From positions 1-36,989 of the IMG/VR virus record IMGVR_UViG_3300044708_000192: a stretch of 36,989 bases of DNA, one strand, 5' to 3'. A model generated the notes under the pieces. It saw nothing but the letters and a program-made list of their open reading frames with translations, ran no database searches and had not been told where the DNA came from. Source of the stretch: a virus. Taxonomy: Duplodnaviria > Caudoviricetes. Below, piece by piece: positions 1-8,917 of the stretch; position 1 is the stretch's first letter, and each line of letters begins with the position of its first letter. Made by a program: the position numbers and the translations under genes.

Positions 1-127
1 GACATCGCGGCCGGGGTGATCACCGCCGACGAGAGCCGACGCCGGCGCTACCCCGACCTGGATGGGCCGGCGCCGGGCGCTGCGCCCCCACCACCACCCG
101 GCGCGGCCGCGCCGGCAGCACCCGGCG
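1..127. repeat. Terminal direct repeat, left copy (circular assembly overlap)
   Basis: Positions 1-127 are identical to 36863-36989, and the portal reading frame continues across the join. Confidence 0.97.
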
Positions 128-141
128 AGGTTACGCCATGA
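1..141 (+). CDS. Portal protein, C-terminal end (continuation of the gene starting at 35597)
   Basis: Frame 1 reads DIAAGVITADESRRRRYPDL...PGEVTP* and is in frame with ATG 35597 across the junction. The full protein is ~468 aa. Confidence 0.9.
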   Translation, partial: DIAAGVITADESRRRRYPDLDGPAPGAAPPPPPGAAAPAAPGEVTP

Positions 142-374
142 GCGACGATGCGCTGCTGCGCGCGCTCGATCGGGTGATTGCGCGCAAACAGCAGGAGCGC
201 CAGCCTAGGTCGGGCGAGCAGGTGATCACCGGCGCCTATGGCACGGTGGACTACGCGAGTGTCGTGAGCTGCTACCGCAAGCATCAAAAGCTGATGTTTC
301 AGGGCGCGCTCTACCGCGTGCGCTGGGTGCAGATCAGAGACGGGCGCTTTCGCGCGGGGGTGGTGGAAGTTTGA
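138..374 (+). CDS. Hypothetical protein (78 aa)
   Basis: ATGA overlap with the portal stop, GAGG RBS, and overlap with the next gene. Confidence 0.75.
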   Translation: MSDDALLRALDRVIARKQQERQPRSGEQVITGAYGTVDYASVVSCYRKHQKLMFQGALYRVRWVQIRDGRFRAGVVEV

Positions 375-799
375 GCTTCGATATCACCATTCAAAATATC
401 GAGCCGCTCCTCGCGGCGCTGGCGCAGTACCCCGACATCGCCGAGCCGATCTTGCACGATGCGACCGACCAGGCGCTGCTGAACCTTGTGCCGAGCCTGA
501 CCAACTACCCGCCCGAGTTGAGCGGCCAGCGCTACATCAGAACCGGCGACCTGGGCAGCGGCTGGACAGACGCGCAGCCGCAGTGGGTCACGCTCTCAAG
601 CGGCTTTGAGGGGTCGCTGGATAACCCGACGCCGTATAGCCCGGAGGTGCAGGGCGCGAAAGACCAGGCGACGATCCACGCCGGGCGGTGGGCGACCGAT
701 CAGCAGATCGTGGATGACCACGCGCTCGATACTGAGCGGATCTATGACCAGGCGTTACAGCAGATCGCCGACGCGATCGATAGCAAAGCAGGCGGCTAA
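371..799 (+). CDS. HK97 gp10-like neck/tail-completion protein
   Basis: N-terminal 'FDITIQNIEPLLAAL', central 'YIRTGDLGSGW' motif, 'NPTPYSPEV' and a helical C-terminus fit gp10-like proteins. TTG start is coupled to the upstream stop. Confidence 0.6.
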   Translation: MSFDITIQNIEPLLAALAQYPDIAEPILHDATDQALLNLVPSLTNYPPELSGQRYIRTGDLGSGWTDAQPQWVTLSSGFEGSLDNPTPYSPEVQGAKDQATIHAGRWATDQQIVDDHALDTERIYDQALQQIADAIDSKAGG

Positions 800-1008
800 T
801 GGCGGATACCTATATCTTCTTGCCCGGCGTGAGCGGGCCGACCAAGATCAAGGCGGTCGACCAGCTGGACGGCACCTACGCCCTGAAAATTACCACCACC
901 GCCGGCGCGGGCACGTCGGTGTTTTTGCCCGGCGCGACCGGGCCGATCAAGGTGCAGGTGGTCAGCCAGGGTGACGGCACCTACGCCTTACTTGCGAGTG
1001 GGAGCTAG
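799..1008 (+). CDS. Small virion-associated protein made of two tandem ~30-aa repeats
   Basis: IFLPGVSGPTKIKAVDQLDGTYAL and VFLPGATGPIKVQVVSQGDGTYAL; TAATG coupling with the upstream gene. Confidence 0.75.
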   Translation: MADTYIFLPGVSGPTKIKAVDQLDGTYALKITTTAGAGTSVFLPGATGPIKVQVVSQGDGTYALLASGS

Positions 1009-1011
1009 GCC

Positions 1012-1785
1012 ATGCCGATCCTTCTCCCTGGACAAGCGGGCATCGTGCCGATCAAGACTGTTTCACAGGGCGATGGGACGTTCGCGCTGAATGTGACCGG
1101 GTTCTACATCGACAAGATCAAGGCCATGGGGCCGATCGCCTACTGGCCGATGAGCGAGCCGTCGGGCAGCGTGGCGCTGGACGCCTCAGGCAACGGTCGC
1201 AACGGCGCGTACACCGGCGTGACCCTCGGGCAGATCGGCATCGGCGACGGGCGCACATGTCCGGCCTTCGACGGCGTGACCAGCTACAACAACGTCTACG
1301 GCGCAAGCCTCGCCGGCGCGTTCAACGGGCAGCAAGGATCGTTTCTCTGCTGGTGCAAGGTGCAGAGCGCGGGCGTGTGGACAGACGGCGTGACCCGGCG
1401 TGTGATCTTGTTCCAGGTCGATGCGAGCAACCGGATCGGCATCTTCAAGCCGACCGCCAGCAATGAGATCGACTGTTTGTACGTGGCCGGCGGCACATCG
1501 CTGGGCGCTGCAAAGACCACATTCTCACCAGCCGGCTGGTTTCACGTCGCATTGACCTGGAACAAGAGCGGCGATCAGATGATCTTTTACGTGAACGGCA
1601 CGGCGATCACGCCCATCTCGACCGGGCTGGGCACGTTCGTCGGGGCGCTCAGCAGCACGCAAACCTTGCTCGGCAGTCTCAACACCGGCGCGGCCGCGCA
1701 AGTTTGGAACGGCTTCCTGGCGCATGCAGCGGTGGTCGCCCGCGCGCTCTCCGCCGCGGAAGTGCTGAGCGCGGCGACGGTGTAA
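1012..1785 (+). CDS. LamG/concanavalin-A-like lectin domain protein (putative head fibre/decoration)
   Basis: PIAYWPMSEPSGSVALDASGNGRNG, WFHVALTW, FYVNG and RALSAAEV are typical LamG-like jelly-roll motifs. Confidence 0.85.
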   Translation: MPILLPGQAGIVPIKTVSQGDGTFALNVTGFYIDKIKAMGPIAYWPMSEPSGSVALDASGNGRNGAYTGVTLGQIGIGDGRTCPAFDGVTSYNNVYGASLAGAFNGQQGSFLCWCKVQSAGVWTDGVTRRVILFQVDASNRIGIFKPTASNEIDCLYVAGGTSLGAAKTTFSPAGWFHVALTWNKSGDQMIFYVNGTAITPISTGLGTFVGALSSTQTLLGSLNTGAAAQVWNGFLAHAAVVARALSAAEVLSAATV

Positions 1786-1787
1786 TA

Positions 1788-2219
1788 ATGACAACAAGTC
1801 TGTATCTCGGCGCGGAGAATATCGCGCTGACCCAGGCGCAGAAAGATGCATTCCGCGCCACGCTCTCGCAGATCGGGCCGCCGATGCACCCGTCCACGGC
1901 CGAGCTGATGCACTGGCGCGGGCGATTAGACGGCAATGCGACGATCATGCGGTCGCAATTCAACGACGCCGATCTGACGACGGCCGGTCTACGCCAGCTC
2001 TTAGCCACTGCGCTGGGTGTAAGTGTGACGCAGATAAAATCCACCACATCAAGCCAGACCTTCGGCACGATCCCCAGCACGATCGTGCTGATGAGTATTG
2101 GCGCCGTGAATCAAATGCGCTTCATCCTGTTCGGCGGCGTGGGCGCGACGATTCAGCAGAGCAATAACGAGGCATTAGCCTATATCAAGGTCAACGGCGC
2201 CGCGTGGGGGGATTCGTGA
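1788..2219 (+). CDS. Hypothetical protein (143 aa, MTTSLY...)
   Basis: ATG 1788 follows the LamG gene stop directly. The upstream extension in the ORF track overlaps the LamG gene. Confidence 0.75.
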   Translation: MTTSLYLGAENIALTQAQKDAFRATLSQIGPPMHPSTAELMHWRGRLDGNATIMRSQFNDADLTTAGLRQLLATALGVSVTQIKSTTSSQTFGTIPSTIVLMSIGAVNQMRFILFGGVGATIQQSNNEALAYIKVNGAAWGDS

Positions 2220-2368
2220 GACTGTCACTCCAAACGCTGCTGCTGCTGCGCCGGGCCTGTCTCGCGCTCGTGTGCGCGATCGAGCAAGCGGCGTTCGAGG
2301 GGTATGGCTGGATGCCGAGAGCGCATAGTAGGCAGTCGTTTGACAATCGTGATACTATAGATGCATAG
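2216..2368 (+). CDS. Small 50-aa ORF (MRLSLQTLLLLRRACLALVCAIEQAAFEGYGW...) missed by the ORF track
   Basis: GTGA overlap with the upstream stop and a GGGGGA RBS. Its stop abuts the structured leader of the protease gene. Confidence 0.55.
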   Translation: MRLSLQTLLLLRRACLALVCAIEQAAFEGYGWMPRAHSRQSFDNRDTIDA

Positions 2369-2465
2369 CCGCGCGGCGTTCGCGCTCCTCGACTCTGATG
2401 GGATAGTGAACAAGTCACCCGCGCGGCGACCCTGACATATCGCCTTCCGTTCGTTTGAACGCCCG

Positions 2466-2500
2466 GCGCTTTACCTCTTTGGAGGTGGAGCGCTTTTTTT
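2466..2500 (+). terminator. Intrinsic terminator/attenuator hairpin directly upstream of the prohead protease gene
   Basis: 12-bp stem GCGCTTTACCTC/GAGGTGGAGCGC (2 G-U pairs), TTTG loop, followed by T7. Confidence 0.8.
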
Positions 2501-2501
2501 A

Positions 2502-3776
2502 TTGCCAATGAATCTGTATCTCGACATCACCAAGGCCGATCAGCGCATCGTCGAAGGCATCGCCTCGACCGAGACGATCGACAGTCAGCCCGGCGTTTGG
2601 GAAGGCTATGCCTACGCCGGCGATATTGTGGACGCCCGCGCGATCGAAGCGGCGCTGCCGGACTATCTCGAATATTCTAATATCCGGGAAATGCACGCGA
2701 ATAGCGCCGTGGGCACGGCGATCTCCGCCGCCGTCCTGGATGGCAAGCTGCACCTGGTCGTCAAGGTCGTCGACGACGATGCGTGGACGAAGGTCAAGGC
2801 CGGCGTGTATCGCGGCTTCTCGATCGGCGGCAAAATCATCAAGGCGGTGCTCGAAAAGTTGTCCGACGGCACCTACATCCGCCGCATTCTGGAATTAGCC
2901 CTCACTGAAATATCACTTGTCGACCGCCCGGCGAATCCGGACGCGCGAATCTTACTCTTCAAACGGGAGGATGCTATGCCGGGTGAAAATCCCACGGAAA
3001 CCCCCGCGTCGCCGGCATTGGACGCGGCGACCATCACGGCAATCAAGGCGTTGGCCGGACAGGCGCTCAGCAAGGCGGCGACCGACCCGGCCAAGATCGT
3101 CGGCATGATTCAGGTCGCGCGCAACGAGCTGGAATTAGCCGGCGATATGGACGGCGCGGCGATGCTGACACAGGCGATCCAACTCATTCAGCAGGCGACC
3201 GGCGAGGCGAGCGCGCCGGAGGGCAGCCCCGAGGAGGAGGCGACCGAGCCGCCGCAGGAGGCGCAGGCCGAGGGCGACGCGCCCGTCGCCGCAGTGCAGT
3301 ACGCCGCACGGCTGGCGGGTCTCCGCAAGGCCGGGCGCAAGTTCTCCGGCGCCAATCTGGCCGCGATGGAGAACACCGTCAAAACCTTGCTCCAAATGAT
3401 GGCAACCGCCGGGTCGACCAAGGCCCAGAAGGCCATGATCGCGATGGCCGATGGCGACGAGATGAGCATGACGGCGGCGATCGGGGCCGAGTTCACCAAG
3501 GCGGTCACCCCGATCGCGGGCGCGGTGCTGAACATCAACGACCGCCTGACGGCGATCGAGCGCCAGCCGGCCGCGGGCGGCCCGGTCATCCGGGCGCCCA
3601 TCCAGAAACAGATCACCGGGCAGACGCCGCCCACAGACACGAAGCCGGCCATGAGCGTGCTGGTCAGAGAGCAGCTGAACAATTTGCAGCGCATGGCCCG
3701 CACGGCTGCCAACCCGAGCTTAGCCAAGCTCTACGACGATCAGTACACACTCTTAAAGGCGCAGTATCAGGACTAG
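2502..3776 (+). CDS. Prohead maturation protease fused to a scaffold-like C-terminal region (start TTG 2502 or ATG 2508)
   Basis: IREMH, YRGFSIGG and LTEISLVDRPANPDA motifs of HK97-type prohead proteases; long helical/acidic C-terminus; located just before the capsid gene. Confidence 0.85.
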   Translation: MPMNLYLDITKADQRIVEGIASTETIDSQPGVWEGYAYAGDIVDARAIEAALPDYLEYSNIREMHANSAVGTAISAAVLDGKLHLVVKVVDDDAWTKVKAGVYRGFSIGGKIIKAVLEKLSDGTYIRRILELALTEISLVDRPANPDARILLFKREDAMPGENPTETPASPALDAATITAIKALAGQALSKAATDPAKIVGMIQVARNELELAGDMDGAAMLTQAIQLIQQATGEASAPEGSPEEEATEPPQEAQAEGDAPVAAVQYAARLAGLRKAGRKFSGANLAAMENTVKTLLQMMATAGSTKAQKAMIAMADGDEMSMTAAIGAEFTKAVTPIAGAVLNINDRLTAIERQPAAGGPVIRAPIQKQITGQTPPTDTKPAMSVLVREQLNNLQRMARTAANPSLAKLYDDQYTLLKAQYQD

Positions 3777-3797
3777 CGCGACCGCTCGAAAGGAGCC

Positions 3798-5363
3798 ATG
3801 TCCATGACCATCATCGACCAGAGCGGCCGCGACGTGACCGCTGAAACCATCCTTGGCATCAACAAGATCGTGAGCGGCACCGGCGTGGGCGCCAGCGGCA
3901 CCCCCGACGATCTGCGGAAGGCCACGGGAACCATCACCGTCGCTAGCAACCTGATCGCCTACGACCTGGAGGCGCCGGCCAAGAACCTCTACCCGGTGCT
4001 GACCCCGATCCGCAACGTCATCCCACGGTCAACGCGCGGGGCCGGCGCGGGCGACGCCGCGCACTGGGTGCAGGTGGACGCAATCGCGGGAAATAGTATC
4101 GCGGGACTCTTGCCGTGGGTGCCGGAGGGGCAACGGGCCGGGCGCATGAGCGTCACCACCAGCCAGCAGAGTGCATCCTACAAGACGATCGGGCTCGAAA
4201 CCGATGTGACCTTTGAGGCGCAGTCGGCGGGCATGGGCTTTGAGGACGTGATGTCGACCGCCGGCGCCAGGCTGCTCAACCAGGCGATGATCATGGAGGA
4301 GCACGCGATCCTGGGCGGGAATTTGAGCGTTGCTTTGGGCACGCCGGCTACGCCCACCAGCAGCGCCTCAGGCTCGGGCGGCACGCTGCCCGGCGCGCCG
4401 ACCACCTACAGCGCCTACGTGTTCGCCTTGACCTACTTCGGCTACCAGCTGGCGACGATCGCGGGCGGCATCGCGCGGCTACTCACGGTCACCGGCATGG
4501 ACGGGCTGACCTACACGGTGAATGGCGGGTCAAGCATCACCAGCGCAAACAAGACCCAGGCCGTGACCCTCGGCCAGACCTTGTTCTTGAACACCACGGC
4601 GATCAAGGGCGCGGTGGCCTACGCCTGGTACGTCGGCACCGCCGGCGCAGAGCGCTTGGAGGCGATCACGACCATCAACAGCGTGGCATTCTCGGCGCCC
4701 TTGCTTGGCACCGGGCAGCTCTACAGCGCCGTGACCTCGACCGGCACCGATTACAGCCAGAACGCGACCGGATTCAACGGCCTGCTCTATGCGGCCTGGA
4801 ACAGCTCGACCGCCTACTACCGCGCGCTGGCTACTGGCACCGCCGGTACCGGCACGCCGCTGACCGCCAGCGGGCGCGGCACCGTCAGCGAGATCGACAC
4901 GGCGCTGAAGTCATTTTGGGACAGCTACCGCATCAGCCCCGAGGTGATCTATGTCAATAGCCAGGAGCTGACCAACATCTTCAACAAGTGTTTTATCTCC
5001 GGCAGTAATCCCATGGTGCGCTTCAACATCGACGCGCAGAGCAACGCGGTGTCGTTTACCGCCGGCGCGGTGGTCGGCTACTACATGAACCCCTACACGC
5101 TGGACGGCGGGAACGTCGTGCCCATCAAGCTCCACCCGACGCTGCCGGCCGGGACGATCCTCTTCTGGTGCAACAACCTCCCGGCGTTCTACCAGGCCGC
5201 GAACGTGCCCCAGGTCGCGCAAGTGCAGTGCCGCAGGGATTACTATCAGATCCCCTGGCCGATCGTGACCAGGGCCAACGCCACCGGCGTGTACGCCGAA
5301 GAGGTGCTGAAGGTGTACGCGCCGTTTGCACTCGGCACGATCACCAACATAGCGAACGGATGA
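3798..5363 (+). CDS. Major capsid protein (521 aa, with a T/G/A-rich beta insertion)
   Basis: Strong AAGGAG RBS; position after the protease; YDLEAPAKNLYPVLTPIRN N-terminal region and GVYAEEVLKVYAPFALGTITNI C-terminus resemble HK97-fold capsids. Confidence 0.85.
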   Translation: MSMTIIDQSGRDVTAETILGINKIVSGTGVGASGTPDDLRKATGTITVASNLIAYDLEAPAKNLYPVLTPIRNVIPRSTRGAGAGDAAHWVQVDAIAGNSIAGLLPWVPEGQRAGRMSVTTSQQSASYKTIGLETDVTFEAQSAGMGFEDVMSTAGARLLNQAMIMEEHAILGGNLSVALGTPATPTSSASGSGGTLPGAPTTYSAYVFALTYFGYQLATIAGGIARLLTVTGMDGLTYTVNGGSSITSANKTQAVTLGQTLFLNTTAIKGAVAYAWYVGTAGAERLEAITTINSVAFSAPLLGTGQLYSAVTSTGTDYSQNATGFNGLLYAAWNSSTAYYRALATGTAGTGTPLTASGRGTVSEIDTALKSFWDSYRISPEVIYVNSQELTNIFNKCFISGSNPMVRFNIDAQSNAVSFTAGAVVGYYMNPYTLDGGNVVPIKLHPTLPAGTILFWCNNLPAFYQAANVPQVAQVQCRRDYYQIPWPIVTRANATGVYAEEVLKVYAPFALGTITNIANG

Positions 5364-5431
5364 TTTGGCTTTCTACTGCGCGAAAAGACGCGCAAAACCG
5401 TGTACGATGACGCTACAGGAGGGCTTCTGCC

Positions 5432-5716
5432 ATGAGCGATCGACCGAAGACGACCGTTACGGAGGTCGAGCACGCGCTCGAGGTTGCTCCGGAGGCCGAG
5501 CAAGCGCCTGCGCCCCACGATGAGCGCGAGACCACGAACATGCCCGATGCGCCGCGCAAGATGGTGCGCCTGACGCGGCGCGCGGTCGCAAAAGGCGGCG
5601 CGCCGTTTAGTGGCGAGCTCAAGATCGGCAACAGCGCCTATCAGGTGGTGGAAGGCGTGGTCGACGTGCCGCCCTGGCACGCCGACGATGCGAGACAGGC
5701 GGGGTATCAGGGCTAG
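5432..5716 (+). CDS. Small head-associated protein, paralog A
   Basis: AGGAGG RBS; follows the capsid gene; C-terminal half resembles 5741..5962. Confidence 0.75.
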   Translation: MSDRPKTTVTEVEHALEVAPEAEQAPAPHDERETTNMPDAPRKMVRLTRRAVAKGGAPFSGELKIGNSAYQVVEGVVDVPPWHADDARQAGYQG

Positions 5717-5740
5717 GTATCGCACAGGAGGGCTTCTCCA

Positions 5741-5962
5741 ATGGCAGATCGCGGCAAAGACGACCCGAACATCGGCAAGGCGGGGGTCGTGCGACTCGAG
5801 CGCACGTCCGGCGACCCGATGGTCAAGATGCAGCACGCGACCGATACAAACGACTACACGCTGACGATCGGCACGGACTCGTATCCCGTGACGGGCGGCG
5901 CGGTCGAGGTGCCCATGTCGCAGGTCGCAGCGGCCGAGGCGGCCGGCTTCCATACCGTCTAG
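5741..5962 (+). CDS. Small head-associated protein, paralog B
   Basis: Same ACAGGAGGGCTTCT RBS context as 5432 and a similar C-terminal motif. Confidence 0.75.
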   Translation: MADRGKDDPNIGKAGVVRLERTSGDPMVKMQHATDTNDYTLTIGTDSYPVTGGAVEVPMSQVAAAEAAGFHTV

Positions 5963-5970
5963 GGTGTGCG

Positions 5971-6579
5971 ATGGCGTTTGACTATACACTTCCGGCGAGC
6001 GTGTTTGCTTACGGCAACAGCGCCGGCACAGCGACCGACCCGGTGAACGAAGCCGCGGTCATGGCCAGCCTGGTCACGGCCATGAGCCGCGCGATCGACG
6101 TGTACTGTAGCCAAAACTTCAGCCTCGCGACCTACACCCAGGAGGTGCTGCGCGCGCAGATCGACTACGACGGGATTATCACCTGCTACCCGCCGGTGCC
6201 GACGATGAGCGCGCCCACCGCCGCCGACTGGCGACTCGGCAAGAGCAGTAATTGGTCAGCCCTACAGGCGGCGAATCTGGATGTGGAGCAGAACACGTTC
6301 GGGTGCGTGCTGCGCAACGTGAACAGCAACCTGCTGGCCTATCGCGGCGCGCGGGTCGAGATGCGCGTCAGCTACAGCGGCGGCTACGCCAATCTGGCCG
6401 CGCTGCCGCTGGACTTCGAGTGGGCCATGCGCGGGCTGTGCTGGTGGGCCTATCAGAAAAGGTCAGCGCCGACCGAGTCGACCGCGATACCCGATTTGGG
6501 GGTGCTGATTATTCCGGGCACGTGGCCGCAGCATCTCAAGCAGGCGTTCCGACCGTACACACGACAGGTGGTCATGTAA
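5971..6579 (+). CDS. Head-tail adaptor (SPP1 gp15/HK97 gp6-like)
   Basis: 'SRAIDVYCSQNF', 'VSYSGGYANLAALPLDFEWA' and 'KQAFRPY' follow the usual adaptor pattern; synteny. Confidence 0.75.
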   Translation: MAFDYTLPASVFAYGNSAGTATDPVNEAAVMASLVTAMSRAIDVYCSQNFSLATYTQEVLRAQIDYDGIITCYPPVPTMSAPTAADWRLGKSSNWSALQAANLDVEQNTFGCVLRNVNSNLLAYRGARVEMRVSYSGGYANLAALPLDFEWAMRGLCWWAYQKRSAPTESTAIPDLGVLIIPGTWPQHLKQAFRPYTRQVVM

Positions 6580-6824
6580 TGACAGAGCAAGTGCCAAGTA
6601 TCGGGCGGGTGGTACATTTCGTGTACGGCGATCAGCATGTGCCGGCGCTGATCACCGATCCCGAGTATCGCATTATCGAGCCAGCAATCGACGATCCGCC
6701 GATACAGCAGGCGCTAACGGTGTTTCCGGTCGGAGCGCCGCCGTTCACAACGACCGCTATATACAATCAGGGCGGCGCGCCAGCAACGTGGCATTGGCCG
6801 GAATATGTACCGGCGAAAGCATAG
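6579..6824 (+). CDS. Small phage protein (81 aa, MTEQVPSIGRVVHFVY...TWHWPE)
   Basis: TAATG coupling; PSIGRVVH and WHWP motifs recur in small phage hypothetical proteins. Confidence 0.75.
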   Translation: MTEQVPSIGRVVHFVYGDQHVPALITDPEYRIIEPAIDDPPIQQALTVFPVGAPPFTTTAIYNQGGAPATWHWPEYVPAKA

Positions 6825-6827
6825 ATC

Positions 6828-7301
6828 GTGACCATCGCCAACACGCTCGCGCTGCTGCGCACGCGGCTGCTCACAATCGCCAGCCCGAGCGCGCCGGTCA
6901 AGGTCTATGCCGACCCGAAAGAGGCGACCAGCCTCGGCGAGTTCCCATGTATCGTGATGGCGCTCGCGCCGGGGGTCGCGCACGTCTGGGCGACGGAAGC
7001 GGCCGGCGGGGGAACCGGGCTGGCCGAGCACGACTACACGATCGCGATCTGGGTGTTTCTGGGGGCGCGGGCGACGCCGCTGAACGAGCTGCACAGCCGC
7101 GCGATCCCATGGCCGGAGGCGGTCTTTCGCGCGCTGGTGGCCGACATCACGCTCTCGAGCAATGTCACGCACATTGGCGACGGCAAGAGTCCGACGCTGT
7201 TCACCTACCAGATCGGGCCGCTGGAGTGGGCCGGCAATGACTACTTTGGCCTGCGGGTGCTGCTGCCGGTGGTGGAAAAGCCCGTGGTCACGATGAACTG
7301 A
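6828..7301 (+). CDS. Tail terminator-like protein
   Basis: Size, 'FPCIV' motif and position just upstream of the tail tube gene. Confidence 0.6.
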   Translation: MTIANTLALLRTRLLTIASPSAPVKVYADPKEATSLGEFPCIVMALAPGVAHVWATEAAGGGTGLAEHDYTIAIWVFLGARATPLNELHSRAIPWPEAVFRALVADITLSSNVTHIGDGKSPTLFTYQIGPLEWAGNDYFGLRVLLPVVEKPVVTMN

Positions 7302-7308
7302 GGATTGC

Positions 7309-7566
7309 ATGAGCGATACGCCAAAGGCCGAACCAAAGAAGACAACACCTGAGACGTCGCCGCTCGCGCTGCGCTATATCGGCGCCGGCGCAACGCTGCC
7401 CGATGTGCCGGCGCGCGATCTGACGGTCGATGAGTGGAGCGCGCTTGTGCAGGATCTGGTCGAGCGATCGGCGCGCGCGGCGACAGAGGATCAGCCATCC
7501 GAGAGCGCCGCAGATATTCGCAAAGCGATCTTGGCATCGGGTCTCTACGAGAAGGCAGGTAGCTAA
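7309..7566 (+). CDS. Hypothetical protein (85 aa; LRYIG...PDVPARDLT...SGLYE)
   Basis: GAGG RBS; coupled to the tail tube gene. Confidence 0.75.
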   Translation: MSDTPKAEPKKTTPETSPLALRYIGAGATLPDVPARDLTVDEWSALVQDLVERSARAATEDQPSESAADIRKAILASGLYEKAGS

Positions 7567-8585
7567 TGGCCGTCGGCATTACCAAACTCGCACGGGTACA
7601 GTTTGGCCAGGAGGTCACGCCGGGCACGCCGGTCGCGGCCACCACCCGCTGGCGCGGCGCGGCGTCGTTTCTGGACGATCAGCGCAAGATCGAGGAGATC
7701 GAGGAGTGGACAGGCATTATCGACGCCGCCGATCGTACGGCGATCGTCGAGCTGCTGGCCATGCTCGAGCTGGGTGAGACGCCCCTGACATCCGCGCAAT
7801 TGCAGTACCTGCTCTACGCCGGCGCGGGCGGCCTAAAGGTCGGATCGGCGGACGGCGTAGGATCGGGCAAAATCTACGTGACCAACTTCCCGACCACTGC
7901 CAAGCCAACCACCCAGACGCTGACGATCGAGGGCGGCGACGATTTTGAAGTTGAGCGGATGGAGTATTCCGTCTGCACGAAGATTCAGATTTCGGGCGCG
8001 ATGGGTCAGACCTGCCGGATGAGCGGCACGATGATGGGACGGCAAGTCGCCAGGCTCGGCGGCGGCTTTGCGGCGGCGACGGTGCCCGCGATCGGCGAGT
8101 TTCCATGCCAGCGCGGGAAGCTGTGGATGGACATCGTCAGCGGCGCCTACGGCACGACCCAGATCAGCAATACGCTCATCGCGTTCAAGGTGCTGATCGA
8201 GCTGTTCTGGAAACCGGTCTTTACGATGGACGGCAATTTGTACTACGCCTACCCCTCCTTCACCGACAAGAAGATCAGCGGCGAGCTGACCTATCTGAAC
8301 GACACGGCCGCCGACGGCAATACCGGCGCCATGCTCGACTTTCGCAACCAGACCCCCAAACTCATGCGGATCGACTTGACCGGCGACGCCACCACCACGC
8401 CCGGCACCTTGTACAACACCTACAAGTGCATGATCGATCTGCCAGTCAAGCTGCTCAACCCTGGGCCGCTGGCCAGCAATGAGGGCAACGATATACGGGT
8501 GTTCAAATTCCGGAGCCGCTATAACAGCACGGCGGGCAATGCAGGCAAAATAACCAATGTTATCGACGTGACCCCGCTGCCGTAG
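7566..8585 (+). CDS. Major tail (tube) protein
   Basis: N-terminal 'VQFGQEVTPGTPVAAT' is typical of siphovirus tail tube proteins; precedes the chaperone and tape measure genes. Confidence 0.8.
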   Translation: MAVGITKLARVQFGQEVTPGTPVAATTRWRGAASFLDDQRKIEEIEEWTGIIDAADRTAIVELLAMLELGETPLTSAQLQYLLYAGAGGLKVGSADGVGSGKIYVTNFPTTAKPTTQTLTIEGGDDFEVERMEYSVCTKIQISGAMGQTCRMSGTMMGRQVARLGGGFAAATVPAIGEFPCQRGKLWMDIVSGAYGTTQISNTLIAFKVLIELFWKPVFTMDGNLYYAYPSFTDKKISGELTYLNDTAADGNTGAMLDFRNQTPKLMRIDLTGDATTTPGTLYNTYKCMIDLPVKLLNPGPLASNEGNDIRVFKFRSRYNSTAGNAGKITNVIDVTPLP

Positions 8586-8596
8586 GAGATTCAGTA

Positions 8597-8917
8597 ATGG
8601 CGAACATGCTCACGATCGATGTGCCTGAGGACTCGATCCTGGCGCACAAGCAGCTGACCGTGCGCCCGATCGAAAAGATGCGCCTCAAGCACCTGCGGGC
8701 GTTTCAGCGGGTGAAGCAGGCCGGCCAGGACGCCGACATGGGCGATCTGGCGCTGGCCTTGTCCGGCGCGCTGGACGGCTGGTCTGCGGATGAGGTGGAC
8801 GAACTGACCCTGGATGAGATGCTGCTGATCATCGGCGAGATGGATCGGCGCGAGAAGTCAGCCGTCCCAAACGGGCATGGCTCCAGCTCCACGCGGCGTA
8901 CGCGCAAAACAACGTAG
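8597..8917 (+). CDS. Tail assembly chaperone (gpG-like)
   Basis: AGGAG RBS; lies between tail tube and tape measure; slippery heptamer C CCA AAC at 8866-8872. Confidence 0.8.
   Translation: MANMLTIDVPEDSILAHKQLTVRPIEKMRLKHLRAFQRVKQAGQDADMGDLALALSGALDGWSADEVDELTLDEMLLIIGEMDRREKSAVPNGHGSSSTRRTRKTT

Noticed and set aside
2391-2416. CTGATG...GAA as a hammerhead ribozyme core
   Set aside because: The sequence is CTGATGG...GAAC rather than CUGANGA...GAAA, and there is no stem II.
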